From Lingula anatina (taxonomy: Eukaryota > Animalia > Brachiopoda), in contig CM120642.1 in NCBI GenBank assembly GCA_051362555.1, forward strand, positions 6,820,001 through 6,884,000: a DNA stretch of 64,000 nucleotides, in the 5' to 3' direction. The position numbers and the translations under genes are program-made. Each line of letters starts with the position of its first letter. Within the stretch, counting starts at the first letter, position 1. Positions 38,501 through 51,119 of this stretch are shown here, piece after piece. A model generated the notes under the pieces. It was not told the DNA's origin, did no database searches, and saw only the letters and a program-made list of their open reading frames with translations.

Positions 38501-41500
38501 GGTTCAAGTTCGCATGAACGTTTTGGGTTTGTGTTAAGTGCAATATGAAGGGGGAGAGTCCTTTGAACAAAGATGGTTTTCGTTTAAAGTTTTCCGCCAT
38601 AAGTTGTTAACAAGTTTTTTTTGTTGTAAGTCAGAATCGTAGTTTGCATGTAGTCTTGTTATGGGTGGTAAAATGACCTTTGAAAACTTGTGGTGAGTTA
38701 CTTTTTTATGCCACGACAGCATGATGTTCAGCATTCTCACAAACGACAAAAATAAATAAGAAATATTCGTGTCAAGTGGTAATAAGTTAGAAAAACATAT
38801 AATGCACAATAAATTGCATTTGCTCGCTTATCAATGGGGTGGTCTGACATTCTGTTGTAAAAACATTTGACCACAAAGAAAAATGTTTTGAAAATTGTGG
38901 TATTCGTGTTCATGGCTTACTCAGCTTTAAATCGTGTTATTTTGTTTTTATGACAGATGGAACATCCTCCCTGTTGCTTGCTTGACTGAACGATGTGAAA
39001 ACAGACTTTTTAGGTTAAATGCGAAGTTTTTGTCAGCTGACATCGAATACAAATACTAGTTTTTTGTTATAGGCTACCATCAGGTAAAGCTACCCTGAAA
39101 TCGGCCGTCTTTCGCACAAACATGCCTTAAACCATTATAAAGAAGACGTTTCCATACCGCAAAAAGTACCTTTTTTGACAATAGAGTAATGTCCACTGTT
39201 ATAGACCAATAGGTAGGGCCTACTGTGTTTTTATCGTTGGCCACCGAGGATTTATCCAGAATTGAAGTGGACTAAAAGTCTGGTCTAAACAATAAGATAA
39301 AGTTTAGGTCTAAAGATTATATTTTGTGACACTGGCCCAGGAACAGTGAATCACAGAGTTGATAAAACGTGACTTCGGTAATAGATAGATTATACTTGTT
39401 GCATATTTTACAAAAAAAAAGTGAAGGTAAAGACCCTTCAGAGGTCGGGATTGAAGCAGTATCGGTCTCTTTCTCCCCTAGAGCAGTTGTTAAAAACAAG
39501 AGACACCTTTCCCCAGCCCCCGACTCCCACGCTTTACGTGTGCACGTATCTTTTGCATGAAACCTTAGGGGGGAAACATAAATACATACGTAATGTTTGT
39601 AATCTTAAAAACACACTAAACAAATGTTATGTGTTTTTCGGCTTTGGTACATTCGTTTCTTGTAAACACGGTTTCTTTTTATGTTGCAAAGCATTGTGTG
39701 CGTATGTGCCAGAGCAGTGTTTTTTTCTTATAACTATGCACAGGATTGTTCCGCTTAAAACTAATATCACCTTTAAAATGTTTTATTATTGTACAGAAAT
39801 TGGAGGGATTAAGGTGTTAGCGATGGAAATACAACGCCATGTGAGAAACACAAGCTCCAAATAACTTAATCAACATGCTTGGGACCGATGCATAGTATAG
39901 TAGGCCTCTTCCTTGCCTATCACTTTTGCCAGCTAAAGAAAGCCGTTTTGACTCTCTTTATTCGCACGGTCCGGATAAACGACGAAACACTGCGTTTAAT
40001 ATGGAGGTCAAAAAGCTAAGCAAATAAATAGTCTGTATTTTACAAAGAGCTGCAGAATCAAATTAGATTGCATGTTAAAGTCAAAATGATTACATCTAAG
40101 TGTTTCTTGGGCATTCCAATGGGATTACGAAGGCAAGAAGATTACACGAAAACTCCAACAAACACATTTCAAAGATTACGAGATCAACTGGAACCGTTCT
40201 TTGACCAGCTGAAAAGAGTTTGATGAATCTTTATTGCAATTGAAGCCATTTCTTGGAGTCGTGCCCCCCTTAAACGGCTGATTTATATGACTTCAGTCTA
40301 GAAGATAGCACAAACCAATTAACGTAAATGCGATTGCTCAGTTGAGGAAATTTCATTTAAAAGGCGCCAGAAAAAAAGAAGAAAAGGGGCACTCACGAAC
40401 AGTTATCGGCGAATATATATATATTTTTTACAAATATAAAAAATCGTCAAAAACCAGGCTAGTAGGGTACAGTTGGCCATCAAAACTATATGTATTCTGT
40501 GGAAGAAAATATACCGTTTATCAGTGCCTTATGATTGCATTCAATTGAAAAGTCGTCAGCTCTGTGAATCTCACATGTGTCCTAATTACAGAGTCCTCGC
40601 TTTTTATTGAATATCTCTCACTTTATTTCATCTTCACGTCGCACTAATGACTCTCCATTATAGACGTTTTATCATGGTCACAGTCTTTCTTCAATTTCAG
40701 TGACAAAAAGTATGCCTAGTCACGCACATCCAATCTAGCAAATTCAAGACTAAGGTCGGGATATTTGCCTTCATTTATACAAAATTATTAGAAATCATCA
40801 TTATTACGTGCATATATAGTATAGCCAAATCTTTTACAATTGAAGCAAAGCGATGACGACAAAAGTATGTAAATGTATGCAGCTTTGCTCAGGCCTTTTC
40901 GTGGGGATAAAAAGAACAGATGCATTTTGTATTACACTCAACGAGATTGACATTTTAATTCCAAAAGCCCTTAAGATCACTGATGACAGATTAAATAAAC
41001 ATCTTTTTATATAAGACTTCCCCGCCCTCGTGTATCTCGGTACCCTGCCCGAGGGTCATCCCAACTAATAGTTTAGATTTCCTAACCCCATTAAAACGTC
41101 TTAACCTTAATGAGTGTGTCGTAAGCTAAATATTTACAAGAAATATTTATGCGTTAAGCATTTTATTATGCAGGCCAGTAATGGGGTATTTATTTATCGT
41201 GATTGCCCAAAGGTACACTAGGATGTGAAAACCTGTAGCCACAAACACAAATCTGGTTTGTTTCTAAAGGAAAAAAGGTTACCTGGAGTTAATCCTGCAT
41301 TCCTAGATACCCTTGAAACCTTCAATTGGAACACCTAAAAAGTTGGGCGGTTAAGCAAAATTTCATAAAAAGATAATTTGGACTTTTAAAACTGGAATCC
41401 AGGGTGAAAAAATGCTAGCACTGGAGAACAAATGAGGCATGTTAAAACAATTAAGTAGACTCTGTTTGAACAACGACAGTAAATTTCGCATTAAAGTAGT

Positions 41501-43310
41501 GCTCTCTGACCCCACCTCTCCGTTCGGCAGTGGCGAAAGCTTTAGGCAATTTGGTGGTGGAAATAAGCTTTAGATTGTGATTGTCTATTAACTTGGCCTG
41601 TAGCACCTTTTACCCCGTCAACTTAACGTCATTGGCGACTGTGTACATACCTAACCAGAAAAAGCAATTAGCAAAATGATAAAACATTGCGAAACTGCAC
41701 GTTAACACATAGCAGTGATGCAGCAGAATTCTTCCTCCGGGATATTTACCGACATCGACGGAGGCTATTGCATCGATTTGGAGACCAATCAATTTGGTGT
41801 AAAACGATCCGGATTTTTCTCATAACCCATTTTTTTCTTCTTTTTGTCAAATCCCGTTTCACCACGCCTTTAATTGGTGTTTTCTATTGTCTCTGAAATC
41901 TCTACTATTCTTTTATATCTTGTTTTATCCCCCAATTTGTTTATTTACGTTAATTTTTTCTCCTCTCATTGAATCTATTATTATCAATTTTATGTTAATT
42001 TTTCGTACCTTAGGTCTCGCTATTTAAATAAATGAAACCTTTTATTGTTTCAATGTATTTCATTGTCTTGAGCTTCCTCCTATACTCAATTTCAGTTCGT
42101 GAACCGCATTTCTTTGCAGCCTTGTCAGCAACACCACAGACCAAAGCGCTTTTAACCAAGGATACCTTAGAGAGGAAATTGTTTTCCATCCTCTGAGTTA
42201 GAACACTTATCTTATAAGAATGATTCAATAGCATCATTTATCTCACATAATATTTTCCTGATGAATTGTTCATAATGATATACGCCTTCTTTCGTCTCCG
42301 CTCTCGAAATGATGCTTACCGGGTTCCACACAGATAACATATCCGACTAAAGAAGAACTTGCGTTTATTTACATAACACATCTGCGGTTATCAGATCAAT
42401 CATGGAGTGTCTTTGATCTTTGTTTAGAGTGTCAGCGATATTCAAACAATTCCATGTTTCTAGATCTGTTTATAGTCGATATGAAAACAACGCCAGGTAG
42501 AGCCCAGGTAAGGCGTATACATACCCTACCTCTATGTGATCATATTTTTTCAGGGTAAGGAGATATGGATCGTCGCTCACCTGGAGTGAGAATTGATCTA
42601 CTCGCACGTACTTAAAGACTTCCTAGACTACTTAGAATCAAGACTACTGCCCTCATTCTTGTATTATTGTCGATGAGGTCAACGTCTTGATTGACGTGCT
42701 TTAGCAATATAAGAAAAAGATTGGGTGAATGTTGTTTGTTCTGTTTATTATATACACAATTAAAATTTGATGGTGTATGTATTTCTAGTGACACGGACGC
42801 AAATACGTGCTGTCGATTTAATGAGACTTAACCTTGAGGTATGCATAATAGTATTTTTCGCGTAAGAATAGAGGGAATAACCTCACTAAAGCCAAGTCTT
42901 ACACTAACGAATCTACAAGTCCTATTTTTGTTTCTGTTTGCAAAATATCCAGCTAATGCGTTTACATTTCTCTCTTTAAAGAGGCTAATTTCTTCTTCTA
43001 CGCCATTCGCCAAGACCATATATTTTATAAACCTTAACAGACGCTCACGGTGCCTCTACCTTCGAGCGTGGCGCTAATTGCCCGGCCGTGTCGCCCAGCT
43101 TGATTTCAAACAGTGTTACGTCGCGTTGCACCGCTTCAGGCGTTGATGTCTGACCGCCCGCGTTCTCTGTCGACGATGAACATATTCACTGCAGGACGAA
43201 CCGCGTCCAATGATCCAGTTAAACATGAGGAAGGGCGAATCCGAAGGGCAGGGTGTGTTAACTGCTTGTTGGAGTCTTGTACAAATGTAGTGAAAATACA
43301 TTAACGCGCA

Positions 43311-43342
43311 GTGTGTGTGTGTGCGTGTGTGTGTGTGTGTGT
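43311..43342. repeat. (GT)n microsatellite
   Basis: Direct GT run with one GC interruption. Confidence 0.9.
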
Positions 43343-43934
43343 TTAAGAGAGCGAAAGAGAGGGGGACGAGACGGTCAGTCAAAAGACATCGAAACAATTC
43401 AGATATTATTTGTGGCTTCAAATGGTGTATTAAAAACATGTTTTACAATATCATTGCAAAATAAATAAATAAATAAATAAATAAAAAATCGACGTGCAAG
43501 ATATCACAAATTGCACGTAACTGAATGTCAGCATCTTTTCCATTTCAATCGTCACACCACCTAAGATACGTTTGTGCCGCCGCTGTGGAATATTTTCTTT
43601 TCCTGCTTTCTAAGGGCTGCCTCCTCACTCTGTCATCGCAATACAATAAGTTGCTTTGAATTGAGATTCCGATCCAAATGCCACCATATCGACCACTGAG
43701 TTGCTCTGAAGGAATTCAGTCCAGTCGAGTCTTTGCAATCGTGAGAAGTGTGCGAAATAAGATTTTTCTTTCTTTTTTCCCTTCAGCAAGGATGGTGAAA
43801 TGGTGAAGGCAAAATTGCTAAGAAGTCACAGATGTTGTGATAAGACAAAATTACTGTCCATGAGTGAGAGAAAAAAGTGAAAATGATCGGGTCTGTGTGT
43901 TTGATACATTCTCCCTGCCCCTCCCCTCCCCCCT

Positions 43935-43987
<53 letters not shown>
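43935..43987. repeat. Compound (TC)n(AC)n microsatellite
   Basis: Adjacent TC and AC runs. Confidence 0.95.
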
Positions 43988-43988
<1 letters not shown>

Positions 43989-45839
43989 TTTCCATGCGTA
44001 GTCATCGCTAATAGAAAATAATATACAAGTCACTCAGCGGTGCAACATTCGAACACTATCACAGAAGATATGCTTATTAAAGAAACTATGCATCCGTCTG
44101 TCTTCTTGTCGCCATCTGCCTTGCTCCACAACAAAGTTGAGACGCGAAAAATATTTCAATCTCGACTCACATGGAGGAGTGCACGTGGACGAACAGTTGG
44201 AGCACGTATTCTAGACACGGTTATGTGAATGTGCAATAAGTCAATGTCTTCGATCATGTCATCAAATTTACTTTTAACGTGTTTTGCCGCATTCGTTGCA
44301 ATGCTGCGGTTCACCCTTTGATTAGTACAATTTGACTCATCCAAAAGTTTGCAGCTGCTTTGGGAGGGTTGTCGAGCAAAAAAGGAAAAATGAAGAAAAA
44401 CAATCTTCGCTGTGGCCGAGTTATTCCGGGTAGTCACTTAATCTGATGGCGTCACCTGTAAAGAACATGGAAGCCACATTCAACAACTGAAAATCTTGTG
44501 GATTTAATGACGAACTTGATAGACAAACGATGGAATAAAACAATAAACATGAAAAGGTTTATTTTTATACCTTAATTGTTCGTTCTTTTTATACTGATAG
44601 AATAACACAAAAGGTTTCTCTCAAAATAACGAACAAATATATTAAAAGCGATGATGAAAAAAAAAAGAATGCAAGGGAAAAATAAAGAAATTAAACATTA
44701 AAATACGATCCCGGAACTTTGATCATTCTAGACTCCTTTCAGCAGTTGTAAAACACCTGTTCAGACTCCATTGTGATCGGAAAGGGATGGCTGTTATTCT
44801 TAATAGCAAAAGAATACACTATTTTACAAAACATAATGATAAAAATAGATAAATAAAATAAATAAAAGATTTTGAAAATAAATAAAACAAAGAACAACAT
44901 TCTAATGTGAAATATACAGTGTAAACTTCCACTTCCACCTCAGCTTAGTTATCTGGAAAATACCACTTTTTTATAGCGATTCTTTAGCCAGCCTTGTTTC
45001 CAGGTAGCCCACCCCCAACCCTCTCCAAAGCGACGAAAGTAGTCTCCGACTGAAAACTTTTTATCTGCTATTTATCTTTAATAGGGAAGCAGGTATCAGT
45101 AAAGATTAAAGATTTTGGTACTGATGCATGTATGTGATGTAAAAACTTTCTATGCAGTCTGTTAAAGAGATTATGCTGAGTGCGGTAAAGACTTAAAGTG
45201 CAAAATAATAGCCAAATCTGAGGCAAATATTCTGAGAAAATATGTATCCATTCGATATGGAGTTTGGAAACAAGAGCGACGAGGATAGAGCTGAGTAAGC
45301 GTGAAAATTATAGCGATTTTGTCAAAAGTAATGCAAAGACTCGGTTAAACTAGTACAGGATTCTGAGAAACTGACACAAATGTTTTATGTTACTCTCTAT
45401 TCTTCAAAAAGTACGCAAAAAACAGAATAAAGATCTAGCAATTTCTTTGGTTCTAAGTTTGGTACCCATGTGATGACTTATATTTGAAAAATACATGTTT
45501 ATGAAATAAAGGAGAGATGGTGAATTTGTGTGGGGGCATGCTTAGAATTTTAAAAATGATTTCTGCAAACAAAAACATTTCTTGTGAGTGAGTTGGCGTC
45601 GTAAAGGAATCTTCGGGATTTTGCTTCAGTAAAATGAATAGAATATCTGACTGCAAATTGAAATTGTTTCTGATGTGAAAATGCACTTTTTGCCATTGGT
45701 AGCCACGTGAAAAATGGCTTCCACCTGACACGAGCAGGTGTTTCAAAACTGAAACATTTTATCACAATAAATTTTAAAACGAAAGCACATGATCTAAATC
45801 CATAGTGAACCCTACAACTGCAGTTATTAGCTGCTAATG

Positions 45840-45970
45840 ACGAATTGGATTGGTCAGTAACCACTCAGGTGAAAACTGATCGTCGCGTCCTATTGGTCCG
45901 TACTCAGAAAAGGGCGGGGTTTCTATTGTTGGTAATTTATAAAACTAGGATCCACGAGGGCTCGTAAACA
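45840..45970 (+). promoter_or_regulatory. Pol II promoter: inverted CCAAT boxes, GC box, TATA box
   Basis: ATTGG at 45844, 45849 and 45892, GGGCGGGG at 45912-45919 and TATAAAA at 45938-45944, in canonical order and spacing. CpG depletion begins about 1 kb downstream. Confidence 0.7.
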
Positions 45971-46245
45971 CAGATGTGGAACGCCACTCAACATCTGTTC
46001 CCAATGGTCGAGACCAGTGTGCTTGTTGTTGAAATGTAAAATGCCATTACTGATCAAAGGAACATCTTAATTTAGTCCTGATTCGTAAACTGATATCAAC
46101 AAGGCAGACATTAGTATTTTTTTCATGAGAAGTTTTAACGATTAACGGGAACGAGAAAGTTGGTTTGTTGAAGTTACACTGGATTTTCACTAAGCGCGTG
46201 CAGGAAGTAATTGCTAATGGGAAGTTTTACCAAGCGGCGTTTGAG
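45968..46245 (+). other. First exon of an unidentified + strand gene (mostly or entirely 5'UTR)
   Basis: Begins about 30 bp after the TATA box and ends at a near-consensus GAG|GTGAGT (46246-46251). The last ATG gives MGSFTKRRL running into the donor. Confidence 0.6.
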
Positions 46246-46900
46246 GTGAGTAATTAACCGTGTCATTTTAAAACTTCTTTTCGAGCGAGGAGTGGGCACA
46301 TTTTAGCGTGGTGTTTCATGTCCCTCACTACACATATTCGTGCTTATTACAAAACGAGTGTTGTGGTATTGTTCTACGCATCATACAATTAAGTCCATCA
46401 CCTGTAAGATATAACACTTTTATATACTGTATATTGCCTCCATTGCAACGTCAGTATGTAGTTATACCTTTTAAGTGATGACGGTAGCGTAACACCCGGT
46501 GGAATACTAAGTATTGAAAATGGAAATACTCCACCAAAAATAACGGGAAGCAAACCTTCATAAAGTGTTAGGATAACTTTTTTTTAATACCTGTACATGC
46601 TTTATCTAAACGTGTTATTTGCGAATCACAATTTTGCCATAGGCCTTATAACAACAACCTCCCAAATCATTCTAATTATGCAGTGTAATTAACGAGAGAA
46701 AAATGGCAATGACACAGAGTATTCATAACGTTACCGCTTCACTATGCAAAACGCGTTACACAAAGGTCCTGCAAAACACAGGTGAAGTTGTGCCATAGAT
46801 CGCCACGCACCAGTGAACCAATTACCAAATACTTTGCTTTTATTATGTTAGCAGGTAAACATATTTAATTGTTCACCTGAGACACAAAAAGTTTGAAGAC

Positions 46901-46951
46901 GGGCAGTTTAATGCTGATAAAATCGGTGGGCGGTTTGATGCTGATAAAATC
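46901..46951. repeat. Tandem duplication, 24 bp with 2 mismatches, period 27
   Basis: gggcagtttaatgctgataaaatc / gggcggtttgatgctgataaaatc; each copy carries a TGATAA (GATA) motif. Confidence 0.85.
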
Positions 46952-49305
46952 AAGGCACTTGAGCAGCTGAAAGAAAGAATTTTTAAAAAAAGTTTTTGTT
47001 TAAAGTTTCCTGTGCATGGAATTCTGGCGATTCTTTTAGCAGAATATAGAGCACATGACAAGATAGTTTAATCAATGTCTAGGACTTGATGATTTCAAGA
47101 ATTTCAATTAATATCTGATTTTGACATTAGAGGCATTGTGCAGTTGTCAGAAAAGATATCAGATACCTATGTGGATGTTGGATACGTGTTTACTCAATAT
47201 TTGATATCTTTGTTCAATAATTTGATACTTATTTTTTATCTTTAGATTTTTTCTCGCCTCAGACACATTGCATCAGGCCTTATTTACAAATTGAAATTAG
47301 CATATCATTCTGAAGAAAAAGGTCTGGTGATACCCTGCCAATTTTTTGGACTGATAAGAGAACTGCCATTCATTTTAGAAAATTAGTTATTTTTTGGAAA
47401 AATTAATTTAACTTTTGCAACAGCATGGTTAAAAAACAGCATGTTGTGGCAGGTTTTTTCTCCTAAAATTAGTTTTTAATGACATCAAGTCCAATTCATG
47501 TTAACATCTGTCACTGCTAGCCTATAACAAAGATATTTGACAAAATGTCCTGAAACTCACATGGAAACACTTAAAATTACATCAGTAAGGGTAAAATGGC
47601 TTTCAATGCAACCACTAAATTTGTTAAAGAAAAAAAAGCACAATGCAACCACCAAAAAAAAAAAAGAACAAAAAAAAACTGACTGAGCATTTGGAAAGTT
47701 AGACATTGAAAAAGTTGTTTCGCCTGACCATTTTCATGTAAATAATCCCAACAAGCGTGTGACCATCCAAGGCTTGCTATTCAGTGAGACCGTAACAGTA
47801 TGGCTGCAGTCACAATAGCAGACTAATAGATCCTCAGATCAAATATGACTAACCTTGAATGCCTGTTGCATTCCCATGTGAATGTGGCTAAAAAAGCTTT
47901 CATAAAACTGACTGAATCAATGTCAGTGACATCACAGTACAAGTGATCAGATAGTCACCAGATCAGCACCAGTCCACCTGAATGAATATTGCGGAACTGT
48001 GAAGAAGAGAATTACTTCCAGTGGCAGATTTGTAGTAAGAAGAAGCAGAAGTTTTGCCCCAATATTTTTTTTGCCTTTTTTTATACAGGTCTGTCGGCAG
48101 AAATGTGGCTTCTGTTATGGTATATGGCTTACTTTAGCGTGACCAAGTACCATTACTTGCTTCAATTGTGCATGTAGAATGTGAAACTTACTGTCCATTT
48201 TCCAGGAATCATTTTTCACTCAGCATCTCATTTCATGAATGGATCAAATTTGCTGGCTAAGTGGGTAAAACTATTTCAGAAACAATGTCAAAGAAATGAC
48301 AAATGATTGCTTGAACTGTATTGTTAAGTTCAGGGGTGACTTGTTCCTCCCTTGTTTTAGACTTTATCCTGCCTTGTTCAAGTTGCATGACAGTCTTTTT
48401 CCATAATTACTATCAAGTTTAAATGGTGCTAGTACATTGTACACACATTGTGGATCAAAAAAGAAATTATGTTTTCCAATTTACACCAAATAAGTATTTT
48501 ACACCAATAATTGATCACATTTTTTTGTTTTAGACTAAACTTCCTTCCAACACACCCTGTTTTATGTAGTTATTATGCAGTTTTGAATGAAAATAGGAAA
48601 TGAAATGTGGCAGTTACATAAACTAATTATTTTCATTATACAACTTAAAATGAAAAATTGGGCAAATTAGGTGGGTTGTTATATAAACTAACATTTGGAA
48701 AGTCATGAATTGCCCTTTATCTTCAGGTTGAGCATGAAGAATATCCAAACTCATATACTGTACCAAACAAAGAACTGCAGAACAATAAATAAAAACAGTT
48801 TATTTGCCTTCTTTTTTTTTCTATAGTCTTTAATGGAAATTTTACTTTCTGAATGAACTTTCTTTGCCAAAAAGTTGATAGCATTTTAGTGTTTTTTATC
48901 ATTGCAAGGAATTCATTAATCTATTGCATTCTTTTTCAAGTTCTGGGGGTACTTGAAAAAGTAGGTTCACTATACCATTCTTGTATTTTGGCTGTTAGTA
49001 TTGTAGAATGCTCCAAAAGTTTGCCACCAAATGCCAAGTTCCTTTAAAGAATTACGTGTACCCTGTGAATGGTGAAACGGTAAACACCTTCAGGCTACAG
49101 GAAGTCAAATATTTAGGAAGCGGCTACATCTTTAGGACTGGTAGGTAGTTTTGAAGGCATGGGAATGAATTTGGTGTTTATTGAAGAATTAAATAACCAG
49201 TTTATGCCATAGAACATGGAAGAAATTAAGAAATGTTAATCTCTTACAACCACACAATCTTTTTCTCTCTTGCTTCTTTTTTCCTTTCATTTTTTGGTGG
49301 TCGTT

Positions 49306-49326
49306 GGGGGGGGGGGGGGGGGGGGG
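49306..49326. repeat. Poly(G) tract (21 nt)
   Basis: Uninterrupted G run. Confidence 0.9.
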
Positions 49327-49970
49327 CAGGCATGTATTCCTGTCTCCAGTAACATGCAGGGGTAATTGATCAAAGTTACAAGTAACAATTTTGCATTAAA
49401 TAAAGTAAGACGTGAAATAAACATTTTATTGTTTAGAGCTTGATTTCCAGTGTGGTTCATTGAAAGCAGATAAACTCCAGTTGCTGTGAAAAAATTAAAC
49501 AAGTGACAAAAAAACCCTGCACAGGCTTATATTTTTTGTTTCATACTCATTAAGTGCAGTTAGTGAAAAAGTGCCTTGAGGACAGTTTGGCAGAAATGTT
49601 ATGGTTATTGGTTATATAATTGTTAAATTTGCAGAAAAAGTTTCACCTGTCCCACCTGGGAGTGATCAGTCATGAAGGGAGGTGCTGAAATATTACCATT
49701 AAAAATCCTGGCACTGTCAATGATTTTACTACAGATTGGAGCAAGGAAAAATCATAGATGATTTTAGTTTAATGGTTACCCACATATGTTGGATACAGGG
49801 ATAGATATTGGATGGGCAAGGAAATTGCTTGTTTTTGTTATGTTTTTATTGCTTGTTGTAGTATTGTTTTAGGGAGGGTTAAGGGATCGGGTACATACAC
49901 CTATAAAGCTAGGGGAAAGAGGCACTTGACTCACTCCTTCCCACTGATTATGATAACAGAGCTTTCATAA

Positions 49971-50072
49971 GGGCTGAGTCCCAATTAAACTGTCATCCAA
50001 CATAGATCGATCTAACTCTGCAGGGACTCTTGCTGAATGAAGTCAGATAACCTGAAAAAAGCACCTCCTGTA
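49971..50072. mobile_element. Partial copy of the MITE family at 58521-58740
   Basis: actgtcatccaacatagatcgatctaactctgcagggactcttgctga aligns with actgtcagtctacatggatcgacctaactctgtggggactcttgctga at ~58540. Confidence 0.65.
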
Positions 50073-50608
50073 GCTGTATGTTTTTACCCTCAACCCACAT
50101 GGAATATATGTTATGCTTTTTTTAGTGATGTAGCTAGTGATGATGGCATCTTCTCTCTACATTTGTTTCTGTGAGCCACTGAGTGGTACCTGTAATCTTA
50201 AATTAACTAGCAAGGTAATTTACCAATGAAAAAACAGAGCAGAGATATCATATAGATCATAAGGACACATTGCAAAGCTGAACCTTCAGTTTGCCCTTTG
50301 CTCATACACTAGTATTGTACCTGTACCTTATCAAAATAGTGTGCCAACACTCTAATTAAAGCAGTTAACTGGGCACCTGTATATCTCCACTGTATAGCTT
50401 CTCCGCCCTTGATTACCTTTAGTGCAGTAATTAAGGACAGTTAACCAATCAGTCAGGAGGGAATTAATTTCTGGGATTATGTAATAAATAAATACCTCTG
50501 CTTGAACCAACAGGTGAGAAACTCTTGGGAAAATAAAGTGAAATGTGATCTTCATAAATATGGGGATCTTCACAGAATGTGGTTAATGGCTAGTACATAG
50601 GTCATAAA

Positions 50609-50811
50609 GGCCGCATTCACAACCAAAGTTGGTGCGAGGACTAACAGATCCGTGGATCAAACATGGCAGACCCACTTAAAAGCTTACCTCGTAATCCCGC
50701 GGGGAATCTATTCATTGTCTATGTTTTAGGGGATTACAGGGCAAGCTTGGGTCAGCCATATTTGATCAGCAGATCAGTTAGTCCATGGATCAACTTGTTC
50801 TGAATGTACTC
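50609..50811. mobile_element. Palindromic MITE (~200 bp), PIF/Harbinger-like terminus
   Basis: Arms of ~85 bp are imperfect reverse complements: cattca/tgaatg, ggactaac/gttagtcc, gatcaaa/tttgatc, gaccca/tgggtc, aagctt, gtaatccc/gggattac. Confidence 0.75.
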
Positions 50812-50945
50812 AAAGAGACAGATGTGTCCACTTTTAAAAGTCAACAGAAATATAGTAACAAAATAAATTTTACTTACATGTGAAATCCACATTAGGTGTT
50901 TGTCAACGTGCTCTATTAAAAAAGCTGATTTGAAGGGGTCATAGT

Positions 50946-51119
50946 GTGGGATAGCGTTAGCAATTTTTTTTCACTTAGCCAAATTATCACTTTTTTGTCA
51001 ATTTGTTATGAAAATGGTTTTAATTTGACTAAAATTCATCAAATCTAGCCCTTTTTGTTTAGCCAATTTAAGTCAGTTTTAGCATTTGGCTAAATTGGCG
51101 AGTGCTAGCGCTACCCCAG
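50946..51119. mobile_element. MITE with ~17-bp terminal inverted repeats
   Basis: gtgggatagcgttagca ... tgctagcgctaccccag, with internal ttagccaa/ttggctaa motifs. Flanked on both sides by atagt, a possible 5-bp target-site duplication. Confidence 0.65.

Noticed and set aside
39421-39864. 147-aa + strand ORF and other 100-140 aa ORFs
   Set aside because: Non-ATG or weak starts, Cys/Phe/Leu-rich composition typical of AT-rich non-coding DNA, and no motif.
40119-40223. Short ORF MGLRRQEDYTKTPTNTFQRLRDQLEPFFDQLKRV
   Set aside because: Only 34 aa, with no promoter or splice context and no recognisable family.
1181-49933. Scattered AP-1 (TGASTCA) and TCF (ATCAAAG) sites as a regulatory signature
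   Set aside because: Manual counts are close to rough chance expectation for 7-mers in 64 kb.
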